From Terriglobia bacterium (GTDB lineage: Bacteria; Acidobacteriota; Terriglobia; Bryobacterales; Bryobacteraceae): a stretch of DNA of 64,000 nt. Each line of letters begins with the position of its first letter. Positions within the stretch are counted from its first letter, which is position 1. The notes beneath the pieces were generated by a model, which did not search any database, was not told where the DNA came from, and saw only the letters and a list, made by a program, of their open reading frames with translations. Where the stretch lies: assembly GCA_963783505.1 (NCBI GenBank), contig CAWAOP010000025.1, forward strand, positions 76 to 64,075. The letters are read 5' to 3'. The position numbers and the translations under genes are program-made. Shown piece after piece: positions 9,670 to 19,337 of this stretch.

Positions 9670-10569
9670 TCACTTCAGCCACTTCAGGAACGTCGCCAGG
9701 CTGTGGAACTGGTCCACGTGATCCGGCGCGGAATTGCCCGCGTATCCGACCATCAGAAACTTGCCTGCTCGCGTTTCGCCGATTTGCTGCATTCCCATCG
9801 GTCCCCACTTCAATACCGGATGGGCTTTCAGACCAAGCTGCGCCAGCAGCCAGTCCGCCGTCTCCGTCGTGCTGGCGAATGCGCCGGGAAAGATCTCGGA
9901 ATGCGTGACGATAAACGTCTTTCGCCCGGCCACGGCGTCGCGCGCAAACTTGAGGAATACTTCAAGGTGGTCCGGCTCGAGATTCGATTCGAGCGGCCCC
10001 GGCTTTCCGCCCACATAACCGGTGTGCATCCCGTCGATGAGCAGAACCTTCGCGATCATCGGGTAATACTCGGGCGTCTCGAGAATCGCGCGGACAGCGC
10101 CATGTCCCGCGCTCCACGCCGTCAGCGTGATGGGCCCGAATGCGATGCCCGTCAACTCGCTGGCTTCGCGCAGCATCTTGCCGAACAGCGCGCGGTCCTC
10201 GAATACCCGCGCGTAAGCTCCCGAGCCCGTTCCGGCCTCGACTGAAATTACGGCCGAGCGACCGTACTGCGCCGCGGCCAATTCCGGCGCCCATGACGCT
10301 CCGTGGAAATGGATAAACAGCGGCAGGCGTTTCTTCTTCTCGATCGCGGCGGGGATGAATAGCTCGCCCGTCGAGAGCTTCTCGCGCCGTCCAGTCGCGG
10401 TCCGCTGCGTAAGCCGCGGGTGCGCCCGCGTATGTTCCACCATCGGCGAGGGATTCTGGTCCTGCGCCGGCGCGGGCGGAACTGCCGACATTATCACCAG
10501 CCAAATCGCCGTTCCCAATATCCATTGACGCCGGGGCCGGTCGGGCCCGCGCTTCGTAGTAGCCGTCAT
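9670..10569 (-). CDS. secreted alpha/beta-hydrolase-like protein
   Basis: Start at MTATTKRG. Hydrophobic signal region WLVIMSAVPPAPAQ. LPLFIHFHGAS and TAWSAGHG (GxSxG-like) motifs. Confidence 0.6.
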   Translation of the reverse strand: MTATTKRGPDRPRRQWILGTAIWLVIMSAVPPAPAQDQNPSPMVEHTRAHPRLTQRTATGRREKLSTGELFIPAAIEKKKRLPLFIHFHGASWAPELAAAQYGRSAVISVEAGTGSGAYARVFEDRALFGKMLREASELTGIAFGPITLTAWSAGHGAVRAILETPEYYPMIAKVLLIDGMHTGYVGGKPGPLESNLEPDHLEVFLKFARDAVAGRKTFIVTHSEIFPGAFASTTETADWLLAQLGLKAHPVLKWGPMGMQQIGETRAGKFLMVGYAGNSAPDHVDQFHSLATFLKWLK

Positions 10570-10748
10570 CCTGTTAGCGTACTGCGGCGCGGCCCAAAGC
10601 GGCGCGCGGGAAATTGCGGCGCATCGCAGTTCAAATCGCGGGCAGCAGAGGTTAACAGTACGGTTATGAGAAGCGCAGTACTTGGCACGTAACCTAACCA
10701 GCGCTAACACTGTCCGTAAGAGGGAACGAGTCCCTTTCTGGAGTAAGC

Positions 10749-10949
10749 ATGATTCGTTCGATTGGCGTGCTGGTCTTGGCCGGCGGTTACGTAGCCCTGT
10801 CGCCCAGCCTCAGGGAGCTGCTGGGGCAGTACGGACTCCGCGCCGAAGGGTTTCTGGCGGATCACTCGCCGTATTCGTGGGCTGCGCTGGGTTGCGCGGC
10901 TTTGCTGGCGATGGCGCTAATGGCCCGATCGGCTGTCGCTTCGCGTTGA
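10749..10949 (+). CDS. small membrane protein (hypothetical)
   Basis: 66 aa with two hydrophobic segments. GGAG-like RBS 8 nt upstream of the ATG. Confidence 0.4.
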   Translation: MIRSIGVLVLAGGYVALSPSLRELLGQYGLRAEGFLADHSPYSWAALGCAALLAMALMARSAVASR

Positions 10950-10968
10950 AGCCTGAAAACTGAGCCCG

Positions 10969-11469
10969 TTAGCCGGCTTTCAACTTGCGCGCCGGAAGAA
11001 CGGACTCCGAGCGAGCCTGTTTGCGCTCCGCCTGCGGTCCCAATCGTTTCGCCTGGTCCGTCACGCAGACCAGGAACATGGGCTGGCGCGCGTTCTTCAG
11101 CAGATCGATGATCCGGCCAGGCGCATCTTCCAGGTAGATCGATTTCCCGTCCGTCACCAGATGCATGTCCGAGGACGCTGCCATGGCCTCGTTCAACCGC
11201 TTCCCCATGTCTTTTTGCAGGAAACGCAGAACGCGCCGGATCTTCTGAAGCGAGAACCCCTTGCGCCGAAGCTCCGCGATCACGGAAATCTCGACTACTT
11301 CCTCGGGCATGTAGACGCGCCGATGGCCGTCCTGCTGCGGTGAAACGACGTTGCGCTCGTCCCACCACTGCAACTGGCGAAGACTCACGCCGCAGATACG
11401 CGCCACCTCGCTGCTGTTGAATCCGCGCGCATCGCCGGGCGCCGTCTCCGCCTTCCTGATCTTGGACAT
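10969..11469 (-). CDS. MerR-family transcriptional regulator
   Basis: 166 aa from MSKIRK. FNSSEVARICGVSLRQLQWWDERNVV is a MerR HTH. The longer ORF in the track overlaps the upstream membrane gene. Confidence 0.8.
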   Translation of the reverse strand: MSKIRKAETAPGDARGFNSSEVARICGVSLRQLQWWDERNVVSPQQDGHRRVYMPEEVVEISVIAELRRKGFSLQKIRRVLRFLQKDMGKRLNEAMAASSDMHLVTDGKSIYLEDAPGRIIDLLKNARQPMFLVCVTDQAKRLGPQAERKQARSESVLPARKLKAG

Positions 11470-11528
11470 GGTTCGCTTCCGCTGTGAATTTGGGCCTATC
11501 TTGGATTGTAACCGGGCTACGCCCCGTG

Positions 11529-12248
11529 TCAAGCGCCCCTCGCTTCGATCCGTGATGCGCTTCGCAATGCGCGCCACCAGATGTAGAGGCACGCGACGTT
11601 GGCAAGCATCGTAATGACGTTCCCGGCGAACGCCACCGCGTGCGCTCGCGGGCTGGCGGCGGCGCCATACATCTCCACGGCCAGGTTGCGCAGCGAGCCG
11701 CCAATGGTTTCGCCGGTGAACTCGAGACCCAGCGCGCCGCTCATCAGCAGCAACAAGTGGTCCTCGCCGCGCCCGGCCAAAAGCAGCATCCACAGCGCCA
11801 GGTCGAGAGCCGCCGCGCCGAGATACAGATCGCGCGTCCACGGCGTCATCCATTGACCGGTGGATGAGGCCCGTGGATCGTATCGCAACCACCAGGAAAT
11901 CGCAATGCCGGCGGCGCTGCCCGCGATCAGCCACAACCGGATCGCACGGCGCGCTTCCATCCTCGCCGACGCGCGCCAAACTAGGTTCAAAACCACCAGA
12001 AGGATGAGCGCCAGGAGCACGACTTCATCGAGCCAGTAGGTCCAGGCTCGCGATCGAAAAGCCTGGTGGTTCCCGGTGTAGTAGGCTGCGTAGACTGGAA
12101 TCTCCACCGCGGTCGCCAGGAACAGCGCGATGACATAGACGAACAGGAAGGTCAGCCGGGACCACAACCCGCCGAGCAGCGCGGCGATGATCAGAATCTC
12201 GAGCGGGAGCCCGATGCACCAGCCGACGATCTGAATCGCGAACTCCAC
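11529..12248 (-). CDS. integral membrane protein (hypothetical)
   Basis: 239 aa with about 6 hydrophobic helices. Same strand as the MerR gene and directly upstream of it. Confidence 0.65.
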   Translation of the reverse strand: MEFAIQIVGWCIGLPLEILIIAALLGGLWSRLTFLFVYVIALFLATAVEIPVYAAYYTGNHQAFRSRAWTYWLDEVVLLALILLVVLNLVWRASARMEARRAIRLWLIAGSAAGIAISWWLRYDPRASSTGQWMTPWTRDLYLGAAALDLALWMLLLAGRGEDHLLLLMSGALGLEFTGETIGGSLRNLAVEMYGAAASPRAHAVAFAGNVITMLANVACLYIWWRALRSASRIEARGA

Positions 12249-12502
12249 GCCAGTCCGCTTATTCTAATACCGATATCGCAGCCGAAGTTTCGCCCTGCCA
12301 GACCGCCCCACGAAGCTGAGATCAAGACGCCATCGCGTTGGGCCGCGCGCGGAAACACGCGCCCTACTGCGGAACGGATCGGAGTAGCCAACAGAGATGC
12401 GCGGATGGCGTATCGAGCCCCCGCGACACACGTGGATCGACACCGAAGCCTGGGCCACGAGCCGGTGTTACGAAGCGGCGTCAGGACGCGCCGTTCCTCG
12501 CG

Positions 12503-12733
12503 TTAACCCTCCCACGGATACGGAGGCATCGTCGGACCGTGCGTCCCCTGCACGCCTTCCCAGGGATACGGGGGCATCGTCGGACCGTGCGTCACGTTGG
12601 TTCCCGTAATTGGGGCCAGATTCGAATTCGCGGCAGTGCCGTCGGCACACTGCGCCGCGTTGCACATAAACGCGAGCGCGAAAGCCAGCACGGCCGCGAA
12701 CACCAAGGATTTGTCTCCGAAACGTCGTTGCAT
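12503..12733 (-). CDS. small secreted peptide with tandem THGPTMPPYPWEG repeat
   Basis: 76 aa. AAGGAG RBS upstream of the ATG. Signal peptide LVFAAVLAFALAF. CNAAQC pair. Two 13-aa repeats encoded by near-identical DNA copies 48 nt apart. Confidence 0.55.
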   Translation of the reverse strand: MQRRFGDKSLVFAAVLAFALAFMCNAAQCADGTAANSNLAPITGTNVTHGPTMPPYPWEGVQGTHGPTMPPYPWEG

Positions 12734-13061
12734 GAAAAATCTCCTTATGGGGCTCGCTGGCGCGCGAGCTCCTTTTCTTTCAGCTTCTTTTCGAAGTGTA
12801 TCGCCCTGTCTTCTCGGAATGTAGTACGGCGGTAGTCATTGTGGAAGTTAGAAAGGGTTAGTTTTCTGGCAGGAAAACACCTGATTACGGGTCTAGGAAT
12901 CCGACAGGCGGGAGTTTGCGCGATCGGCGGGAAATGGCGAGGTCAGCAGCGCTTGGCTGGGTACTCGGAGAAGGTAGTCGATCGGCGCCATTCGGTTTCC
13001 CTGAAGCGCCCGAGAAGATTGGTGAAACGAGACTCGGAGAAGATTTCTAGCGGACCCGCAC

Positions 13062-13664
13062 CTATGACGACGGCGGCTGCGGCGGAGCCGACGGTAGCTG
13101 CGGTTTGGCGGGGCTTTTCGCGCCTGTCTTGACCGGCGTAATCAGAACGTGCGCGTTGCGCCCTTCCAGTCTCGGCATGCCTTCGGCAGTGCCGTGCGCC
13201 GCAAGGTCTTCCGCGAACCGCGAGAGCAATTTCTTGCCCAGGTCGGTATGCGCGATTTCCCGCCCGCGAAACTGAACGACGGCCTTCACGCGGTTGCCTT
13301 CCTGGAGGAAGCGAATGGCGTGGTTCTTCTTGAAGTCGTAGTCGTGGTCGTCGGTGTTCGGCCTGAACTTCAGTTCCTTGACTTGCACCACGTGCTGCTT
13401 TTTCTTGGCGTCGTGCTGGCGCTTCTTCTGATCGTACTGGTAGTGCCCGTAATCGACGGCCTTCGCCACCGGCGGAACGGCCGTTGGGGCCACGAGTACG
13501 AGGTCCAGCCCTAGCTCCTGGGCCTTGCGTAAGGCCAGGGAAGTGGGCATGACCTCGGCGGTCCCGTCCGGAAACACCGCCCGGACTTCGCGCGCGCGGA
13601 TCGTCTCATTGACATTCTCTCGGCGATTCTGCCTTCGAGGAGGAAAGTTTCTTCCAGGGAACAT
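13062..13664 (-). CDS. infC: translation initiation factor IF-3
   Basis: INETIRAREVR...LALRKAQELGLDLVLVAP...VAKAVDYGHYQY...KELKFRPNTDDHDYDFK...GREIAH are typical IF-3 N and C domains. Confidence 0.9.
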   Translation of the reverse strand: MFPGRNFPPRRQNRRENVNETIRAREVRAVFPDGTAEVMPTSLALRKAQELGLDLVLVAPTAVPPVAKAVDYGHYQYDQKKRQHDAKKKQHVVQVKELKFRPNTDDHDYDFKKNHAIRFLQEGNRVKAVVQFRGREIAHTDLGKKLLSRFAEDLAAHGTAEGMPRLEGRNAHVLITPVKTGAKSPAKPQLPSAPPQPPSS

Positions 13665-13943
13665 TGGTTATTTAATGATGGCGGATTCGTACAGGCAGGC
13701 GCGCGCCGCTGCTATAACTATCAAGGATCCCGTGACGGGAGCCAGCGACGTGGTAGTAAAAGATGAACTCAAGTTGCGGTCAACTCAAGTGTACACCAAA
13801 ATCCGGCTGTAAAGTCAACCGGTTACTGGCACGGGCATCTAGGTCCGCCTGCGCGACTGGCGCCCACGGTAACCACGCCGCGCGCGTATCGGCGTAAGGC
13901 CGGGAATCTAGCCGGCGGGGCTTTACCCCGGCCCCCGGAAGTT

Positions 13944-14555
13944 CTACCGGCCCGGTCCGCGGCCGGCGCCCATGCCGCCGCCCATCGCGCCCCGATCGCT
14001 CGAAGGAGGCACAACGCCCTTCAACCGAAGGTACACGGAGCCGTAACCGTATTCTTCGTTGTCGTGAATGGTGTTGCCGATCAGCATGCCCAGGCGCGAT
14101 CGCTGCATGCGCCCTCCTCCAACCATCACTCCGGCGTTCGCGTCGTTGGTTCCGTCCCAGGCGGCGTCGCATTCGGCGAACGATGCCGTTAAGGCGGCAA
14201 CGATGTCGGCCTTGCTCTTCTTGGATGCGGCATCGCCCCGCTTCTGCTGACCGGCCGCCGACGAGCAGTACATCGTCTGAGTATCGGCTATGTGAGCCAT
14301 CAATTCGCCGAACGTGCGAATGTCGGCAACCGGTTTGAAGTCGTAGTTTTCGGGCGGCATCTTGGCCGCCATGCCGGTGAGGTTGGTCTTCACCGAGTTG
14401 TACGCCTGCCGGGCTTCTGCCACCAGCGGATTGCCGGCGGGAGCGGCCGCGGTCTGGCCGCTCGGCGGCGCGGGTGGGGGCTGGTTCACGACTACCTGCG
14501 CCAAAAGCGCGGAAGCGCACAGCGCCAAAACGATCATAAAGACTGTCTTCTTCAC
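13944..14555 (-). CDS. DinB-family protein (secreted)
   Basis: GTG start 8 nt after AGGAGG gives VKKTVFMIVLALCASALLAQ as signal peptide. FGELMAHIADTQ and IHDNEEYG resemble DinB_2 His motifs. Confidence 0.7.
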   Translation of the reverse strand: MKKTVFMIVLALCASALLAQVVVNQPPPAPPSGQTAAAPAGNPLVAEARQAYNSVKTNLTGMAAKMPPENYDFKPVADIRTFGELMAHIADTQTMYCSSAAGQQKRGDAASKKSKADIVAALTASFAECDAAWDGTNDANAGVMVGGGRMQRSRLGMLIGNTIHDNEEYGYGSVYLRLKGVVPPSSDRGAMGGGMGAGRGPGR

Positions 14556-14665
14556 TGCGATTTCCTCCTGCATCGAGCTCAGGTTGGGCTCTCAGCCATT
14601 CTATCCCGAAAGCGCTCCCGCTACCCCACGCCGCGCTCCTGCTGCTATGCTGACCATGGAAGCCG

Positions 14666-15232
14666 ATGAGCAAGAAAGTCCTCATCGTTACTGGCGATGG
14701 CGGAGACAGCTTCGAAGCGCTCTACGCCTACCATCGATTTCAGGAAGCCCGCTGGGACCCGGTCATCGCCGGTCCGGCCCGCCGCCGGCTGCACTTGCTG
14801 GTTCATGACCGCGAACCCGGCTGGGACACCTACATCGAACGCCCCGGCTACACGCTCGAGGCCCAGGTGGCCATCGCCGCAGTCTCCGCCAAAGAGTTCG
14901 CGGCGATCGTCATCCTCGGCGGACGCGCGCCCGAGTACATGCGAAACGACCCCAGTGTCCTTTCGCTCGTGCATGAGTTCGCCGCACAGAACAAGTGCAT
15001 CTGTGCGCTCGGCCACGGGATCCAGGTGCTCACCGCGGCCGGCCTGACCAAGGGCCGCCGGGTGACCTGCCATGAGCATGTGCAAGTGGAGGTCGAGAAG
15101 GATGGTGGCCAATACGTTGACGAGCCGGCCGTCCGGGACGGCTCCTTGATCACCGGCCGAAGCTGGCGGGCTCATCCCTACTTCTACCGCGAGATCTTCG
15201 CCTATCTCAATAACCTCCCCGATCACCCATAA
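14666..15232 (+). CDS. DJ-1/PfpI-family protein
   Basis: 188 aa. KKVLIVTGDGGDSFE, AIVILGGRAPEY and nucleophile-elbow ICALGHG. Confidence 0.9.
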   Translation: MSKKVLIVTGDGGDSFEALYAYHRFQEARWDPVIAGPARRRLHLLVHDREPGWDTYIERPGYTLEAQVAIAAVSAKEFAAIVILGGRAPEYMRNDPSVLSLVHEFAAQNKCICALGHGIQVLTAAGLTKGRRVTCHEHVQVEVEKDGGQYVDEPAVRDGSLITGRSWRAHPYFYREIFAYLNNLPDHP

Positions 15233-15613
15233 TTCATATCCCTTCAAACGCGCCGCGTCCTGCAACCAAGGTATGACGGGTTTGCCCCTCTGCCCTCGAC
15301 CTCAATTCCGTAAAGGCCTTCCGCCAACCCGCCGATAAGTACACTGTGGCGCGGTAGCCCCAATGAACGGGCTGCCGTTGCCGGGGATCTTATATGCTGA
15401 TTGCTCTTCTAATGTTGCCGTTCCTGGCGGTGATCGAGTCCGTGGTCCGGCTCATGATAGAACCGCGACCGCCGAGCCTCGTTCATTCCGGAAAACCCCG
15501 CCGCGTGTGACCGTTCACGGCCTCGGACGTAGCGTGCCGGAAAACGGCGCTCGCGGCTCGGCCCTGCGCGCGTCCGCTTTCGCATCCCCCACGTGCGATA
15601 ATCGGGTTTCCCC

Positions 15614-15859
15614 ATGAAAGTTCGCGTTTTCGTCTCTTATAAAACCACGGTACTGGACCCGCAGGGTCAGACCATCAGTTCCGCGCTCCGCGGACTTGGC
15701 TATTCCAGCGTTCTGGATGTCCGCCAGGGGAAGTTTTTCGATATCGCCCTCGCGGATGGGGTCTCGCGCGAGCAGGCCGCGAAGGACATCGAGACAATCT
15801 CTCACGAGGTCCTGGCCAACCCGGTGATTGAAGAATACCGCGTGGAGTTCCTGGAGTAA
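15614..15859 (+). CDS. purS: phosphoribosylformylglycinamidine synthase subunit PurS
   Basis: 81 aa. VRVFVSYKTTVLDPQGQTISSALRGLGY...NPVIEEY is the classic PurS sequence. Confidence 0.9.
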   Translation: MKVRVFVSYKTTVLDPQGQTISSALRGLGYSSVLDVRQGKFFDIALADGVSREQAAKDIETISHEVLANPVIEEYRVEFLE

Positions 15860-15874
15860 CGGGAGTCAGATGGC

Positions 15875-15992
15875 GGAAGGCGGAAGACTGAATACAGAAG
15901 CCTGAATACCCCTGCAATTCCTAGAAGGGCTGACCGCAACTTTCAGTGACAGGTATTGTTCAGGCTCTTCAGCCTTCAGCCTTCTGCCTTCC
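15875..15992. repeat. long imperfect palindrome of purine-rich words between convergent genes (possible bidirectional terminator/REP)
   Basis: Left arm GGAAGGCGGAAGACTGAATACAGAAGCCTGAATA (15875-15908) is imperfectly complementary to right arm TATTGTTCAGGCTCTTCAGCCTTCAGCCTTCTGCCTTCC (15954-15992). Confidence 0.5.
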
Positions 15993-15998
15993 TGCTCC

Positions 15999-17276
15999 CT
16001 ACCGCCTGCCGTCCCTGAACGCCATCCCCGCAAAACTGACTACGCTGGCATCGTCGATGTTCCACTGCTCGTAGCGCAGCAGATCGCCCCGAGCGTCCGG
16101 AGCCGCCTTCAGAAACGTGTAGAACGGTGACGACCCGCACCACTTGAGATCGTCCCGATTTTCCTGCACCAGGTCCCAGAAACTTCGTGAATCGCCGGCG
16201 GAGATGCGTTCCATGCGTGCGTGATCGCGCCCCGCGACCTCGTTCATGAACCCCTCGTCCGCGAAGGCCTCAAACCCGTCCCCGTATCGCGCTCCCATAT
16301 GCGCCATATCCACGCCCAGAATCCAGAACAGGCGGTCGCCTTCGCGATCCCGCAGTTCGGCGAGCGCGTCGAGGAAACGCCGCACGCTGTCGTCATGCTC
16401 GGGCAATCCGCCGCCGAACAGGCTTCGCGCGAACGGCCCGCACAGAATCGGGAGAATCCGCACGGCGGGGCCGAGCGCGTGTTGAAGAAAGACCACCTGG
16501 AACTCGACGGTGTGTTCGAACGAGTGGCAGTAATCCTCCATCAGTACCGCGCCGCCTCCGCGCTCCGCCATCCAGTCCACCAGCCGCAAATCGGTCGGCG
16601 CATCGCCGAGCGGCGTCCGGTAACTTTTCCGCGTCAGACCAAATTTCTCCGGCTCGCCCCGATGCGAGGTGGCCAGAATGACGAACGTGCGGTCCCGATG
16701 CTCTTCCCGCAGCGCCGCGTAAGCCGCGCGGTAGGATCGCCAGCCGCCCTGCGGACTTACATGTGGCGCGGCTATGGCGAAAATTCCGCCATCCGGCGAG
16801 GCCGCATCGCCGGGTTCCGGGTCCATGTATTCCGTCATGGCCGCCCGCAAAGCGCCGGCGTCGGAGGGATACGCCGAGCCGGCGTGCGCCGCCTCGCGCA
16901 CGGGGGCTTCCGCGAAACTGCGCGTGCGCTCCTCGCGCATGCCTTCAAACGTCGCGTCCTCCAGGAACCCGGCCGCACTCAGGGTCTCTGCCATCCTCCG
17001 AACAACCTCTCCCACCTCGAAATTCCCGGTGAGACGCACCAGTGTGGCGCGCAGGTCCAACTCCGTCTGTACGCCGTCGAAACAGGTCATGCATTGCGCG
17101 AGAAGTGGAGGAACCACCAGCATGGCGTCCGTGAATTTGAGAGGATCGCGAATCAGCAGCCCGGGATGCTCCGGCGAAGGCGATGGAATAATCTCGAGCG
17201 TGTTTCGAAGGCGCGCCAGGGTTTGGGACAAGACCCATGGTAACGCCCTGCCGCAATTTTGAGCAGTTCGATACAA
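15999..17276 (-). CDS. Memo-like protein (AmmeMemoRadiSam system protein B family) with ~150-aa N-terminal extension
   Basis: AAPHVSPQGGWRSY, ILATSHRG, DYCHSFEHTVEFQVVFLQ and LGVDMAHMG motifs are typical of MEMO1/protein B. Confidence 0.75.
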   Translation of the reverse strand: MYRTAQNCGRALPWVLSQTLARLRNTLEIIPSPSPEHPGLLIRDPLKFTDAMLVVPPLLAQCMTCFDGVQTELDLRATLVRLTGNFEVGEVVRRMAETLSAAGFLEDATFEGMREERTRSFAEAPVREAAHAGSAYPSDAGALRAAMTEYMDPEPGDAASPDGGIFAIAAPHVSPQGGWRSYRAAYAALREEHRDRTFVILATSHRGEPEKFGLTRKSYRTPLGDAPTDLRLVDWMAERGGGAVLMEDYCHSFEHTVEFQVVFLQHALGPAVRILPILCGPFARSLFGGGLPEHDDSVRRFLDALAELRDREGDRLFWILGVDMAHMGARYGDGFEAFADEGFMNEVAGRDHARMERISAGDSRSFWDLVQENRDDLKWCGSSPFYTFLKAAPDARGDLLRYEQWNIDDASVVSFAGMAFRDGRR

Positions 17277-17294
17277 ACAGTCTTAAACTGAAGG

Positions 17295-18270
17295 TTGATG
17301 CTTTCCATCGTCATACCGGTCCACAACGAGGAGCCCTCGATCCTGCCGCTGTACGACCGCCTGACCGTCGTCGCTCAACGCCCTCGGCCGGCCGTACGAA
17401 ATCATCTTTGTGGACGACGCCTCCACGGACCGCAGCTTCGATCTGCTGGCCAATCTCGTGGAGACCGATGGTGCGCTCAAGGTGGTCCGCCTGCGCCGCA
17501 ATTTCGGACAGGCCCCAGCTCTATCGGCGGGGTTTCATGAGGCCGCCGGCGACGTGGTCATCGCCATGGACGGCGACCTGCAACACTCCCCGGAAGACAT
17601 ACCGGCGCTGCTGGCGAAGATCGACGAAGGGTACGATATCGCCAGCGGCTGGCGCAAGGAGCGTGTGGATAACGCCGTCAGCCGCCGCCTTCCCTCCCGC
17701 ATCGCCAACTGGCTTATGGCCAAAGCGTCGGGAGTGGATCTTCACGACTTCGGGACCACGTTCAAGGCCTACCGCTCCGAGGTCTTGAAGGACGTCCACC
17801 TCTACGGCGAACTGCACCGTTTTATCCCGGCTCTGGCCAGCTACTACGGCGCGCGGATCGCCGAAGTACCCATCAAGAACATCGTCCGTCCTGCGGGCGA
17901 TTCCCACTACGGATTGAGCCGCACTTTCCGAGTGATGTTCGATATCTTCACCATTGGCTTCCTGTTGAGGTACATGACGCGGCCCATGCATTTCTTCGGC
18001 AAGCTCGGCTTGACCGGCGCGGCTTCGGGCGGCGGAATTCTGGCCTACCTGCTTGTCAGGAAGATTCTGGGCCACGATATCTTGACGGAAAGCGGCCCCG
18101 CCCTGGCCGCGGGCGGAGTCCTTCTAGTGACCGGCGTTCTGCTGCTCAGCACAGGCTTGCTGGGCGAGCTGATCATGCGGACGTACTTCGAAAGCCAGGA
18201 CCGCCGCATTTACGCCGTCCGCGAAATCGTCGGCCGCAAGCAAAAGGACGTCGCCGGCGGAGCGCGGTGA
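17295..18270 (+). CDS. family 2 glycosyltransferase (polyprenol-phosphate glycosyltransferase-like), one frameshift near 17368-17376
   Basis: LSIVIPVHNEEPSILPLYDRLTVV in frame 0. LNALGRPYEIIFVDDASTDRS...DGDLQHSPEDIP...two C-terminal TM helices in frame +1. Confidence 0.85.
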
Positions 18271-18362
18271 AGCCGCCGTTCGCTCTCCGCCGACCGCCGT
18301 CCGAATACGGAATCCGCCCGGCCGCCGAAAGCGGATAGCGAAAACCGGATAGCGGATAGCGG

Positions 18363-19181
18363 TTACAGCCCCGTTCCCGCCTCCCAGTGCGCTTCGAATA
18401 GCCGCTTCATCGCCTCGCCCATGCCGTCGTGATGGAACACGATGGATGTCCAGGTCCGGCGAGTCACCACGGGATCCAGAAGCGCAACCATTCCGTCGCG
18501 GTCGTCAAAAACGGCCAGCTTCATGGGTAGAGAAGCGGCTATGCGCACCTCCACCCCGGCCGCCGCGTACTCGGCGAGCCGATGGCGGTGTTCCGCATCG
18601 AGCGAGCCCGCTTCGAGCAACAGACGGCATAGGACGCCGGCCGCGCGAGCCTGCTTTACAAGCTTTTCGTCAAGCGGGTCCACGGCATAAGGGGGCCTGG
18701 AGAACTCCGCGTATTCCGATTTGACCTCCGAGAGCATTCGCCGGTATTCCGCCGCAATCTGGGCCGGCTCGCTGACAATCCGCAGAAAATCCAGCGTGCC
18801 TCGCCCACCCTGGCCCTCGGAGTAAAGGGCTGTCAGATCGTCGATGAGGGCGGCGCCCGCTCGCACGCTATCGGTTAGTTCCTGCTCCATAAAGTGGCGC
18901 CGGCGCGTCATGTAAGCGGGAATCGCAAGACTCGGCTCGACCGCGGAAAACAGCTTGGTCTTTTCCTGTACAACTTGGGCAAAACCCCGCTCGACCAGGC
19001 TGTCGAGCACCTCATAGATCTTTTGGCGCGGCACATGGGCCCGTGCCGCAAGCTCCAGCGCCTTAAACCTTGAATGGCCTAACAGCACCAGGTAGGAACG
19101 GGATTCGTAGGCGTTCAGCCCGAGTTGCTGCAGCCGCCGCCAGAACTGTTGAAAATCGACCTCCGCCAGTTCTTCGCTCAT
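18363..19181 (-). CDS. TrmB-family transcriptional regulator
   Basis: 272 aa. LGLNAYESRSYLVLLGHSRFKALELAARAHVPRQKIYEVLDSLVERGF is a TrmB wHTH. Confidence 0.8.
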   Translation of the reverse strand: MSEELAEVDFQQFWRRLQQLGLNAYESRSYLVLLGHSRFKALELAARAHVPRQKIYEVLDSLVERGFAQVVQEKTKLFSAVEPSLAIPAYMTRRRHFMEQELTDSVRAGAALIDDLTALYSEGQGGRGTLDFLRIVSEPAQIAAEYRRMLSEVKSEYAEFSRPPYAVDPLDEKLVKQARAAGVLCRLLLEAGSLDAEHRHRLAEYAAAGVEVRIAASLPMKLAVFDDRDGMVALLDPVVTRRTWTSIVFHHDGMGEAMKRLFEAHWEAGTGL

Positions 19182-19337
19182 CTTGTCTTTAACGTTAACA
19201 GAAGATCGGGAGCTGTGACAGCACTATCTAAAGCTGAACGGCCGTATGTCATTGAGAATCAGCTATGTGGACCGTTTCGCTCTTTAGAGCCACCACCGGC
19301 ATCAGGGAAAAACCGTAGACGACCGTCCCTTCGCAGG

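Noticed and set aside
15260-15613. Possible purine/ZTP-type riboswitch or sRNA upstream of purS (CTGGCGG ... ACCGCCGAG could form a pseudoknot).
   Set aside because: The conserved ZTP P1/P2 hairpins and the CCGGG/CCGCCUGGGC cores are not present, and purS is not a typical ZTP target. The pairing is short enough to be chance.
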